A stretch of 64,000 nucleotides of DNA, taken from positions 1,568,001 to 1,632,000 of the forward strand of contig OY843584.1 in NCBI GenBank assembly GCA_963692915.1, read 5' to 3'. This document shows, one piece after another, positions 52,490 through 62,043 of the stretch. This DNA comes from Cenarchaeum sp. GTDB lineage: Archaea > Thermoproteota > Nitrososphaeria > Nitrososphaerales > Nitrosopumilaceae. Position 1 is the stretch's first letter; every line of letters begins with the position of its first letter. The translations under genes were made by a program, and so were the position numbers. A model generated the notes under the pieces. It searched no databases. It saw only the letters and a program-made list of their open reading frames with translations, and was not told the DNA's origin.

Positions 52490-53167
52490 ATGAAGATCGG
52501 GGATATCCTTTTGGCTGCTGGTGCCGCTGCCGCCGTCATTGCGGGCATATCCTATCTTGCCAAACCTCGCGAGTCTAGCAAGCCGTCAACAGATCTACCT
52601 GATAATGACCTGCCAGATGAGCGCGGCCGTGGCGACAGGGAGTCTACAGTCCCCGCGCGCGCCATCTTGAATGATCCTATCAGCTCTGAGGCATATATCC
52701 ATCACACCCGTGATCTCTTTGGCACCGGGCATGGTCCTGAAAAGCTACTCGCCATTGATCATGCGTCCCATCTAGATCCGAACGATCCCACATCACATAT
52801 CGTCTCAGGCATACTCTCGCATGGGCTCCGCGACCGCGAGGATGCCATAGACTCTTTTGATGAGGCCATTGCGCTAGACCCAAAGGCAACCTACGCGTAC
52901 GTGGGTAGGGGCTATATCCTGTATACCCTTGCGCGCTATGAGGAGGCATATGCCTCACTTGCGTGCGCCAGGGCATTAGGGTGCAATGACCCAAAGATGC
53001 ACCATTATATTGGGCTGACTTTGGAGTTTCTTGCTAGGCAACACGATAGTCTGTCTACTGTACTTAGGTCACTTGCGATTAAATCGTTCCAATGCACCCT
53101 TGATATCGACGAACACCACTTTGACGCGCAATGTGCCCTCAAGCATGTCAGTGGACTTTTGGCATGA
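52490..53167 (+). CDS. membrane-anchored TPR protein (paralog of 42464-43180)
   Basis: MKIGDILLAAGAAAAVIAGISYL plus TPRs; shared promoter TTAAATTAGCG. Confidence 0.8.
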   Translation: MKIGDILLAAGAAAAVIAGISYLAKPRESSKPSTDLPDNDLPDERGRGDRESTVPARAILNDPISSEAYIHHTRDLFGTGHGPEKLLAIDHASHLDPNDPTSHIVSGILSHGLRDREDAIDSFDEAIALDPKATYAYVGRGYILYTLARYEEAYASLACARALGCNDPKMHHYIGLTLEFLARQHDSLSTVLRSLAIKSFQCTLDIDEHHFDAQCALKHVSGLLA

Positions 53168-53185
53168 CAGCGCATACCGTGTGAC

Positions 53186-53962
53186 TCAGCTGTGACCCCT
53201 GCCGCATCTTCTTTCTATGTAATTGGCCATTGCCGCACACCACACGAGCACGATCTGCGCGTCGTTGATATCAACCGTGTACCCCGGCTCCGCTGCGGCG
53301 TGGCGCGCACCGCTCTTGTTGCTAAAGTCGTACATCTTTTTGAACGCATCCTTTACCTTTGGGTGCAATCCGGCCCTTGAGTCTATGTCCTCTAGAATCC
53401 CTGACAGGCCGGTTTTCTTGCTATATCTTTTGGCCACGGCTTCTATCATCTTTATTGATTCGACAATCGAGGCCTCATAGTCCGGATTGGTCGGATTAAT
53501 GTGCCTGATGGCCTTTTCTGCGTGCAATTTCGCCTGCTCTGAGATGGTGCTGGCCTGATGCAGTGCGTCGATGCTCTCTTCGCCAATCACGGGCTCCATC
53601 TGACCTTCCACCATCTTCCACCCTGAATCGTTTTCAAGCAAAATCTCATTTAGTGCATCCTCAAACTTTTGCCTATCCCATTCTGCCATTTGCCCCCACA
53701 TCAACTCTAGCAGATCATAAACTTTGTTAAATTCTGCCTCATTGTATGCTTCGTACAACTCTTCGATTGAATAGCTCCACCTACTATATTCGCCACGTCT
53801 GCGCTTTTGCCAATATACCCACACTACCTCTCTTGGCAACATGCCCGCTTGATTACAATCGTCAACTATGTCCCATATGCGCCTCTTTAGATCATCGTCC
53901 ATGGACTCGAACTGCAGCCCCTTTATCGGCTCATAGCCGTACCGTTTTGAAAAACTGCTCAT
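53186..53962 (-). CDS. AbiJ N-terminal-domain protein with HEPN-like C-terminus
   Basis: FSKRYGY....LQFESMDDDL..RIW, F..VYDLLE, C-terminal GARHA. Confidence 0.75.
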   Translation of the reverse strand: MSSFSKRYGYEPIKGLQFESMDDDLKRRIWDIVDDCNQAGMLPREVVWVYWQKRRRGEYSRWSYSIEELYEAYNEAEFNKVYDLLELMWGQMAEWDRQKFEDALNEILLENDSGWKMVEGQMEPVIGEESIDALHQASTISEQAKLHAEKAIRHINPTNPDYEASIVESIKMIEAVAKRYSKKTGLSGILEDIDSRAGLHPKVKDAFKKMYDFSNKSGARHAAAEPGYTVDINDAQIVLVWCAAMANYIERRCGRGHS

Positions 53963-54555
53963 GCGGATCCGCTTGGCTTGGCATTCTCTATTAATGTGTT
54001 ATGTGAACGTTCATCGTATAATCATGTGCCGATCTTCGCGATCAGCTAGACGGTGAGTAGTAGAGATCCGGATGTGCCTCTGGTAGCTGTGGCACTGGAT
54101 TGGGAGCTCTGACAGGCTCGTCGTATGCCGTCTAGGTAGGTCACTGAAAATTGCGGTATAGATATCATGCCCGATAATTGCTCTGACAAGTTTGAACATT
54201 TAAAATTATGTGATTTTGTTGGCAATGCCGAAATATGGACAAGGGGTCGCCGAGCGGTATGAATGAAAAGCTGTGCTAACCGAGCAAATGAGCCAATATG
54301 ATGGATGCTGCCACAGCCTCAAGGCAAAGGCTAGAGATCAGAACCCATTGCCCACAATGTGTATAACGACCTATTCTAAAATTAAATTTTGTGAGGCTGT
54401 GGATGCTCACTAGGTATCTAGAGTGCAGATACTGGTAAAGTTGGGGCGTAGTCAACCCAATAAAATTATTCAACATATTATTGTCTACATCAGATATTCC
54501 CCCACGATCAACCATGAAATTCGAACCAGCCAGAAAGTGTAGATCTTTGGCGATC

Positions 54556-55647
54556 TGTATTGTACAAAAAGTAGGAGCGGGGGCCAGAGGGCTTGCCGGG
54601 CGCGGATCCGGGAGCCCGCGGAGGGCCTTCGGGTCCGGCAGGCTGCCGAAACACACGTTTGGGGGCCTCCGGCGCCGGCGCGCCATGCCGGTCAGGAGGC
54701 TGGACGCGCGGGCGCTCCGGTACATCGCGAGGACGCTTGCGACCAGGAGCACCGGGGCAGTGGCGCGCGAGCTGGGGATCTCGCCGTCGTGGGCCCGCAA
54801 GCTCCGCGCGCACTGCCGGCGGACCGGCGCGCCGCCGGAGCCGCGGCCGATGGGGAGGCCGCGCAGGCCGATCACGCGGGAGCAGGCCGACGAGGTCCTC
54901 GCCGCGCACTCGCGCGACCCCGTCGGCGTGGTGCGCCTGGTCAGGCTCATGCGGCTCAACAACTCAAAAATAGCGTACGGCGCGGCGTACCGCATATTGT
55001 CTGCGGAGGGACTGGTCAGCAGCTCGCCGGCGAGGTCGAGGAGGCGCAAGTGGGTCCGGTTCGAGAGAAAGTACTCCAACGCGATGTGGCACGTGGACTG
55101 GCACATAATGAAATACGGTCCCCTGAGGGGCTCGCACCTCATAGTGTTCCTCGACGACGCGTCGCGGTGCGTCACGGGGTTTGGCGTCTTTCCCGAGGCC
55201 ACGTCGGGCAACACGGTGATGGCGCTGCGCCACGCGATCGGGCGGTTCGGCGCGCCGGCGCAGGTGCTCTCGGACCACGGGACGCAGTTCACGGCGACCA
55301 GGCGCGGCACGCCGCGCCGCAGCTGGACGCCGACGCTCTTCGAGCGGGAGCTGCTCGACGCCGGCATATCGCACGTCATGGCGCGCGTCGGCCACCCCCA
55401 GACCAACGGCAAGGTCGAGAGGTTCTTCCGGACGCTCGAGACGGAGATCGGCCGCCATGGCGGGGTCGCCGAGTTCATCGGGCACTACAACGAGGAGAGG
55501 CTCCACTTCTCCCTCGACATGGAGACCGGCGAGACGCCCCTGCTGGCCTTCAGGAGGCGGAGGGCCGACGAGCAGGTCCGGGCGGAGAACCCCGGGTGGA
55601 TGGAGGTGGACTCGGATGGGTAGCGCTCCTACTTTCCGTATAATACA
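54556..55647 (+). mobile_element. complete IS481-family insertion sequence (1092 bp)
   Basis: TGT...ACA ends, 24-bp TIRs matching 21/24 (TGTATTGTACAAAAAGTAGGAGCG), much higher GC than the flanks; no clear TSD. Confidence 0.92.
54685..55623 (+). CDS. IS481-family DDE transposase (rve integrase core)
   Basis: HTH, WHVDW, LSDHGTQF, PQTNGKVERFFRT. Confidence 0.92.
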   Translation: MPVRRLDARALRYIARTLATRSTGAVARELGISPSWARKLRAHCRRTGAPPEPRPMGRPRRPITREQADEVLAAHSRDPVGVVRLVRLMRLNNSKIAYGAAYRILSAEGLVSSSPARSRRRKWVRFERKYSNAMWHVDWHIMKYGPLRGSHLIVFLDDASRCVTGFGVFPEATSGNTVMALRHAIGRFGAPAQVLSDHGTQFTATRRGTPRRSWTPTLFERELLDAGISHVMARVGHPQTNGKVERFFRTLETEIGRHGGVAEFIGHYNEERLHFSLDMETGETPLLAFRRRRADEQVRAENPGWMEVDSDG

Positions 55648-55656
55648 CTAGAACCG

Positions 55657-56187
55657 TCATCTGACAAGATTTAATATTGTGCTTGCGGCTATGGCTATAC
55701 TTGCCAGCATTCCAGCAGCAATGCCCACAGTCTGTATCCATGGGAGACCCAACAGAGTCTTTGCCTGCGTGCCACTTGCCGCCTTTTTGGCCACTGCGCG
55801 TCTTTTGGCTTTATGACCATGTGTTGCTCGTGTGCGCCGTGATTGGGCACTCTTGACAGTCAGCGCCGTGTTTGCCCCCCTTACGCTAGTGCGGCTTGGG
55901 GCGCCTGTCCCAAAAATGCCTTGTGACGCATGTCTTGCCATTCCTCTAGGCGCCTTTGATCCGGGGATAAATCCCGGCGGATCCGCCTGCTGTGGGTGCA
56001 GGGGGTTGCCCCCGAACGCCTGCATTGCCTGGGCCTCGCGCATCTCCCTTGGCCTCATGCGCCCTGGCTCGCCCCCGAACGCCTCCATTGCCTGGGCCTC
56101 GCGCATCTCCCTTGGCCTCATGCGTCCCATGGTGTTTGGGTTCATTGAGTCAGCTCGCTGATCGTTTGGGGTTGATCTTCTCATCAT
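55657..56187 (-). CDS. low-complexity protein with NPN leader and C-terminal TM
   Basis: RRSTPNDQRADSMNPN, 21-aa duplication, hydrophobic tail. Confidence 0.6.
   Translation of the reverse strand: MMRRSTPNDQRADSMNPNTMGRMRPREMREAQAMEAFGGEPGRMRPREMREAQAMQAFGGNPLHPQQADPPGFIPGSKAPRGMARHASQGIFGTGAPSRTSVRGANTALTVKSAQSRRTRATHGHKAKRRAVAKKAASGTQAKTLLGLPWIQTVGIAAGMLASIAIAASTILNLVR
56008..56124. repeat. 63-bp in-frame tandem duplication
   Basis: Units start at 56008 and 56071 and encode GRMRPREMREAQAM.AFGG. Confidence 0.85.
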
Positions 56188-56549
56188 GCTATCGTCTAGC
56201 GACACTATAGCATGCCCCAAATTTAAGAGTTGTCCGATATTTGGCCCATATGATCAGAGTCTGGGCTGTCTGCCGGCCATGTTGCGCTGGTTCCAGAAGG
56301 GCCTGTAGGCCGCGAGTGCCCCGCCGATCCGCCTTGAACGTAGTGCGCGCGTCATGCTCTAGAGCCAAACGTCATGGCATTCTTGGCCATATTGTCCGCC
56401 CCCTTGGGATCGCCGGCGCGCCCTTGCTGCTCGTTGTGCTATACCTAGCAGTCAGGGCATGGCGCAGCCTACGGCACGTGAGGTAGTCGATCCTGGGGTT
56501 ATTACGATAGGTTTGCCATAACAGGCTATTCGGCCTAAATAATCCCCGG

Positions 56550-57497
56550 CTATGCTGTCATTGCGATGCTGGCCTTGAACCCGTATGGTTTTGCCCTGCC
56601 CGCATTGGTTGGCGGGCTCACGACGCTGCAATAGCGACCCACTGTAAACTCGTCATCCGTGCACGTGATCGTGGTCGGACCCGTGATGAACAGTGGGCCA
56701 TACATGTGTGACGTGACGTATGCGACGTTCTCAGGGATGCGCTCGTGGCCTATTATGCGCACGCCCATGTGGTCGATCACATTATCGGCTATTATTGCTG
56801 ACATTTCTGGAATGCCTTCTGAGATCAGCGAGTTGAATACAGCGTGATTTATGAACACAGTGTCCAATTCCATACCTCCCTGCTCGTCGTTCATCTTTCG
56901 CACAAAACCCCATAGGTGAGTTAGAGTTTGCGATCCGCCATACTTGAATGTGGCTTTGAAGGGATACAGCTGATCCAAAGCCTCAAGGCAGGCATTGTTT
57001 TCACATGACCATATCGGCCACATCATTCCCTCCACAAAAGTCTCAACATCAAACTGGTCAAATCCGTCACGCGGAACTGAAAAGCGCACAGGGGTCATCT
57101 TTGGCATGTGTGCATATGAGCGCGTTGACGGTTCTCCTCGGACGTGACTGTCCTGCGTCAGGAACGGCACTGTGCCCTGCACTATGCCCTCGCTTTTGGT
57201 CATGCGGAATCCGAACGCTAATTGTCCGATTTTTGGAGATCCGGCGGGTGCGAATGTCGGCCATGCGGGATCCTGCGGTATCTCCCTTGAGATATCCTTG
57301 CTCCCCCCGGCACGGATCATGGTGTAATAGTCGCCTGTATAATCCGCCGAGTTGGAGGAGGGCACAATGCCACGAAACTCGCCTCCCGGCAATATTGTGA
57401 GCAACATGCCCTGGCGCAGGAGCATTTCGCGAGCGTTATAGAGATGTTTCAGCACCGAGGGCAGCACGTTGTGGTTGCCTTTGCCATAATATTCCAT
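56550..57497 (-). CDS. HK97-fold major capsid/encapsulin-like protein (stand-alone)
   Basis: Spine-helix-like ETFVEGMMWPIWSCENNACLEAL; LDTVFINH, GVRII..ERIPENVAYV, GP..ITGP; TATA at ~57525. Confidence 0.55.
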   Translation of the reverse strand: MEYYGKGNHNVLPSVLKHLYNAREMLLRQGMLLTILPGGEFRGIVPSSNSADYTGDYYTMIRAGGSKDISREIPQDPAWPTFAPAGSPKIGQLAFGFRMTKSEGIVQGTVPFLTQDSHVRGEPSTRSYAHMPKMTPVRFSVPRDGFDQFDVETFVEGMMWPIWSCENNACLEALDQLYPFKATFKYGGSQTLTHLWGFVRKMNDEQGGMELDTVFINHAVFNSLISEGIPEMSAIIADNVIDHMGVRIIGHERIPENVAYVTSHMYGPLFITGPTTITCTDDEFTVGRYCSVVSPPTNAGRAKPYGFKASIAMTA

Positions 57498-57771
57498 GCG
57501 CACGGCCTGGCATGAAGGGGAGCGATATAAGCCTAGCAGAAAACCCAGAAAACGTCTCCGGGATGGGTGGTTTCGGGATACATTTGCCGTAGTTTGGATA
57601 TTGCGCTACACGGGCAACAGGCACCCGGAGTCCTGTGGTAGCCACATATCCGGCCATTTTGCTCATATTTGGCCAATTGGGTGGCAAAGGCGTATATCCG
57701 GGACTCTTGTCTGCCTCTCCGTGTTTCCCGTAAATGGGGTTAGCCCGAGCTGGAAAGATCACGGTAATCTA

Positions 57772-58665
57772 ATGACTACTTCCCTTAAACAAAATGGCGT
57801 ATTCCACTGGGGCGACATTAGAACTGTGCTTGGCGAGTCTACGTATACAAAAATGCAGCGATTGAGGAACAATCGTATTTGGCTCGTCGACCATGCTGAT
57901 GTGAGTCCAGGATCGAGAAACTCTGTGCTCGATTATGCCAGTGTCGCCAACGCCGAGCTGTACAATTATTTGACCAATCAGCACCTTACCTTTGCTCGGC
58001 CATTATTAAGTGATGCCCAATCACGCCAGACTCCGGGTAATCCAACATGCAATATGGTGGCTTTGGAAACTAAGGACTATGAACTAGAACACTATGTTGA
58101 TCGAACGACACTAAACTCAGTCCATGACAATTTTATGGTTGACATATTAGTGTCATTTTATGACGCGATTGCCCTACAGGCAGAATCTGCCGTTCACAAT
58201 ATAGTTGCCAAAATGAACGAAGAAAACTTTGCTGATGTGGTGTCCATGAAACAAAACAGTGAGATAATGAAGATTGCCGAAGAAGATCCTCTAGACGCTA
58301 ACAAGATTGCCGATGCTGCTAGCGCCATAATCAGGCGCAATCCTGACGTTCCATATCCTCAGGGTTTGGTGTGCATGGTGTCTCCTGCGCAGGCCATGCA
58401 GCTATTTGACGAGTCAGCGGTACGCGCCGATCATCTGAACGTTTATGGAATTGATACAATCGTCAGCCCTGCAGTGGGATTTAACCGTGATTATCACAAG
58501 TATGAAGCCATAGTGACTCCAAAAAAGTCCATCTTGGTGGCGTTAAGCCTGCTGGAAATTGACGCAGTGCCGGATGGATCAGGAACGCACATTAGGGCAC
58601 AATATGCCCTAGGAGTCACAATTGACCCGTCAAAGGCAGTAAAGATCATATCGTGGAGAGAATAA
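57772..58665 (+). CDS. HK97-fold major capsid/encapsulin-like protein (stand-alone)
   Basis: PTCNMVALETKDY..YVDR, DILVSFYDAIALQAESAV, LVCMVSPAQAMQL, GIDTIVSPAV, IRAQYALGVTIDPSKAVKI follow a typical coat-protein motif order. Confidence 0.65.
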   Translation: MTTSLKQNGVFHWGDIRTVLGESTYTKMQRLRNNRIWLVDHADVSPGSRNSVLDYASVANAELYNYLTNQHLTFARPLLSDAQSRQTPGNPTCNMVALETKDYELEHYVDRTTLNSVHDNFMVDILVSFYDAIALQAESAVHNIVAKMNEENFADVVSMKQNSEIMKIAEEDPLDANKIADAASAIIRRNPDVPYPQGLVCMVSPAQAMQLFDESAVRADHLNVYGIDTIVSPAVGFNRDYHKYEAIVTPKKSILVALSLLEIDAVPDGSGTHIRAQYALGVTIDPSKAVKIISWRE

Positions 58666-58666
58666 C

Positions 58667-59848
58667 GTGGATTCTGCTAAGGCTTCTGATAATGCTGATA
58701 ACATTGATCCTGCACAGAACCTCAAGTGTAAAAATTGTCCTGCATGGCTTCGGATGATATTTGAGCAATACCTCAGTCGCGCGGGGGACATAGTGGTGAA
58801 TAGCAAGCTTCCCATTCTTGAATGTCCGTCATGCCATAACATCGTAATACCTTCATACACAAAAAAAGCAGCTCAAAACGCCGAGTTATGTGACAGTGGT
58901 GAATATGCGCCTACCATTGAGAACTTGAGGTTTGACTTCTGCCCAAACATCGAATTTGTGTATTCAAGCATTGATTGGGAGGTAATTCCAGGTTTAAAGC
59001 AGTCAGAATATGGGATTGATGGATACTATGTGCCGGTATTTTTTAAAAAACACGTGCTGCTAAAATATGTGATTCTTGAGTATCCTATGGAGTATTTCAA
59101 GGATGGTGGCAGCATACACTTTTCCAACGGACACGATCTTGAATATGGCATAAATCGAAATGGCCTACTTTTCTGTTGGCTTGGTGATCTAGACAAGATT
59201 CCTGTAGCCGAGCAGCACTATATGTTCTCAGAAAATGTCGAGTCTGACCATGATGTGGTATCTGGCTTGTACATGAAATCTCGTCTAAACCTGACACCTG
59301 GAGCGACGAATGAGCAACTGTTAGATCGTTCGATGACTCGCCTCAACAAGACGATGCAGTCTAAATTCCATTTCAAGCTGCATGCTCTCAATCCGGTAGA
59401 GATACAACTTTTGGAAAAATTAGCCAAGCCGGTTGTTTGGAATGACTATGTCGCTGTTACAATTATTGGGGTTATGAAAGTGCACATTGAATCTCTCGAT
59501 GAAGATATGCTTAACTCTGATCTTAGGAGTTTAGACAAACATGCCAAAAAATTAAAGTGTTTACAGCTTATGGATGCATGGCTTCAATCCAAGATTACTG
59601 AAAATATTTCAAATATAATAAAACCATTCAAGATTCTTATTGTGTGGCGAAACATATTTGCTCATAAATCCAAACTAAAAACTAAAAAAACGCTGTATTG
59701 GTGCAACGTTGAGATGGGACTATCGGGGGATGCTAAACCAGAAGTGTTATACGATACTATAATTGAAAAGATGGTAGAGTCATATGACCATATCGAACAT
59801 GCTCTGGCGGAGTATGAATTTGAGACTCCCATAATTTTTGTCAAATAG
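58667..59848 (+). CDS. Zn-finger protein with C-terminal HEPN-like motif
   Basis: CKNC..CPSC; WRNIFAH (Rx4H) in the helical C-terminus; starts 1 nt after the capsid-like gene. Confidence 0.7.
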   Translation: MDSAKASDNADNIDPAQNLKCKNCPAWLRMIFEQYLSRAGDIVVNSKLPILECPSCHNIVIPSYTKKAAQNAELCDSGEYAPTIENLRFDFCPNIEFVYSSIDWEVIPGLKQSEYGIDGYYVPVFFKKHVLLKYVILEYPMEYFKDGGSIHFSNGHDLEYGINRNGLLFCWLGDLDKIPVAEQHYMFSENVESDHDVVSGLYMKSRLNLTPGATNEQLLDRSMTRLNKTMQSKFHFKLHALNPVEIQLLEKLAKPVVWNDYVAVTIIGVMKVHIESLDEDMLNSDLRSLDKHAKKLKCLQLMDAWLQSKITENISNIIKPFKILIVWRNIFAHKSKLKTKKTLYWCNVEMGLSGDAKPEVLYDTIIEKMVESYDHIEHALAEYEFETPIIFVK

Positions 59849-59899
59849 GATTATCTTGTGCTCTGATATGCCTGTGCTATTTCACACGTGGGGCTCAAC

Positions 59900-60160
59900 A
59901 TCGCACCCCAAAGTGCCTTATCTGCCTCTTGGAGAGCGCTTTACGGAGAAGGCCGCTGCGCGAATTTGTGTGAAATATGTGCTCAAACTCTATGGCCACC
60001 ATCTCTCGCGGCGCATATGCCTCGATGTGGCAGTCGCAGACTCGCAGGTCTGCCATCTTGCCCTTATCAATGGCCGGCTCTGGCTCTACCTCTTTTACGA
60101 GTGCGCAGAGATGGACATAGAGGCGCATCTCAAAGACATATTGTAGGAACTTACAGTTGC
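59900..60160 (-). pseudogene. internal fragment of the 27985/44643 nuclease family
   Basis: KFLQYVFEMRLYVHL..ADLRV..HIEAYAPR..LLRKALSK.QIRHFG. Confidence 0.8.
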
Positions 60161-61725
60161 GCAATTCACCTGATTCTAATGTGCTAAAATTTATTGATGG
60201 CCAGCAGCGCGTGACAACTGTTGCCCTGTTTCTCATATGCGCCCGCAATTTTTTCTATGAGCGACGAAATGACTCGTTGCTTGCCTCTAGGCACTATAAG
60301 ACTCTCCAAACGTACCTTTACAGATCCACTGACACAAAAAATCGCCGAACGTCTGATCACCTGCTCACACTAAGCCGTCCCAACAGAGAACTGTTCCAAA
60401 TTTTGATTGACAACCCTGCCGTCCAAAAAGAGACGGTTCAGCAGCACGCCGATCAAAATTCTCCAAACATGCGTCTTGTGGAAGCCTACCTCTATTTGAC
60501 ACGCTGGCTTAATTCTAAAGCTTCTTCCAAAGCTTCTTCCAAAGCTTCTTCCAAAGCTGACGAAATCAAAGAAGTCTATGCATTGGTTCGAACCCTTCTC
60601 ACAAAATTCAGTGTCTATAAAAATGAGTCTGCTGATCGTAAACTTGCACAGCGAATTTTCAAGCTGGTAAACCATCGAGGCCGCAAGCTAGACATGTCTG
60701 ATCTTGTAAAAAACTATCTGTTTGACGAGTTGGACAGCAATGCTGAAAAGATAAACATCGACGCCTATGATGACCAATGGGGCGATATTGTCAATAATGT
60801 GACAAACGAAATGACCGGAGTCAAGATGGACCACTTTTTGCACCATTATCTAATCGTGTCTGCCGGCTATAATTCGATCCCCATTAAATCAAATCACAAG
60901 CGCATGTATTTTACATTCGAAAAACTCGTGGAACGCCAGCTCCAAACCCCCAAAGCCATAATTGGCGAGTTGCGCAACTGGTCTGAAATACTTGAAATTG
61001 TCCGTAATCCCGCACATCCCGACCACTTTCCCAAACACCCAAACATCGCCTATTATCTTGCGCGCCTGAAATCCCTGAGCGTCACTCCGGCGTATCCGGC
61101 AATCCTGCTCGGCTATACCGAATACTGGAAAAAGCGTCAAACGCGGCTATTTGAGGCGCTCCTGATGCTGTGCTTCAAGTATCATATCAGGGTTCAGCTG
61201 GTCACCAAGATGAGCCCCAGTGTGTACGGGCGCACGATGAGTGACATTGCCGATGACATACACCGTGGAAAAGACCTGGACCAGATTATTGTGGATCTGA
61301 TGAACACCAACCAAAAATATCCAAACCGCAACATCATACGAGACATGCTAAAAGACAGGACTCTCAACTCTCGCGCCCCTGCCATTGCCATGTTGGAGGA
61401 GGCAGAATACCCTTCGGCCTCCACCCTGCGCCCGATGGAGGAGCCATCCCTTGAGCACATAATGCCCCGGATCCTAGACAAGGACTGGCACAGCCATGTC
61501 ATACAGCACAATGGCATTGACCCCACCAACCCTGCCCGCTCTGATGACGCGGTGAACAATTACCACCGTCGGCATGTTGACTATATGGGCAACCAGACGC
61601 TCCTGCTGCCAGGGGAGAATGGCTCACTCTCCAACAAGTCATACGACAAGAAAAGGCTAGTTTACGGAAAACAGCACGTTCAGGATAACGGGCACGCTGC
61701 CCCGCTTTACAGTCTGGGATCATGA
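60157..61725 (+). pseudogene. 5'-truncated GmrSD-like (DUF262 + DUF1524/HNH) type IV restriction gene
   Basis: Begins at IDGQQR, so the N-terminal DUF262 part is missing; N.RG..L, EHIMP, GNQTLL..N..LSNK; C-terminus looks frameshifted; contains a 12-bp x3 SKAS slippage. Confidence 0.7.
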
Positions 61726-62043
61726 AAGCATTATGAGCAGGCAGAAAAGACTTGCGTCAAGGATCACCTCATCCATAGACCTGGGCACGGTTATTGACCA
61801 TATACGGTCATAGGTGGCCCATTACACGGGTCTGTTTTTGTGGGAGTGCGCGCACTTGGCGATCGTTGCCTGTTTGCAGGTGCCTTTCTGGCATTGTGCG
61901 GACTCTGCTACATGGGGCGCTCTGAGATCCCTGGGATTGAACAACGCGTCCATCTGCTGTTCTAGAGGCTGCGCCCGAGGCGGCTATTTTGGTGAAATGT
62001 TCTGGCCTCCGGGGACGCCTGCCCTAACTGACCTGTATTGGTT

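Noticed and set aside
966-53167. Diversity-generating retroelement acting on TPR or paralog repeats
   Set aside because: There is no reverse transcriptase, and differences between repeats did not appear adenine-specific by eye.
54276-55478. 400-aa minus-strand ORF and other alternative frames
   Set aside because: Antisense shadow of the GC-rich IS481 transposase.
57496-57771. N-terminal extension of the plus-strand capsid-like ORF
   Set aside because: It overlaps the divergent promoter region and has no counterpart in paralog 37832, so the start was set at 57772.
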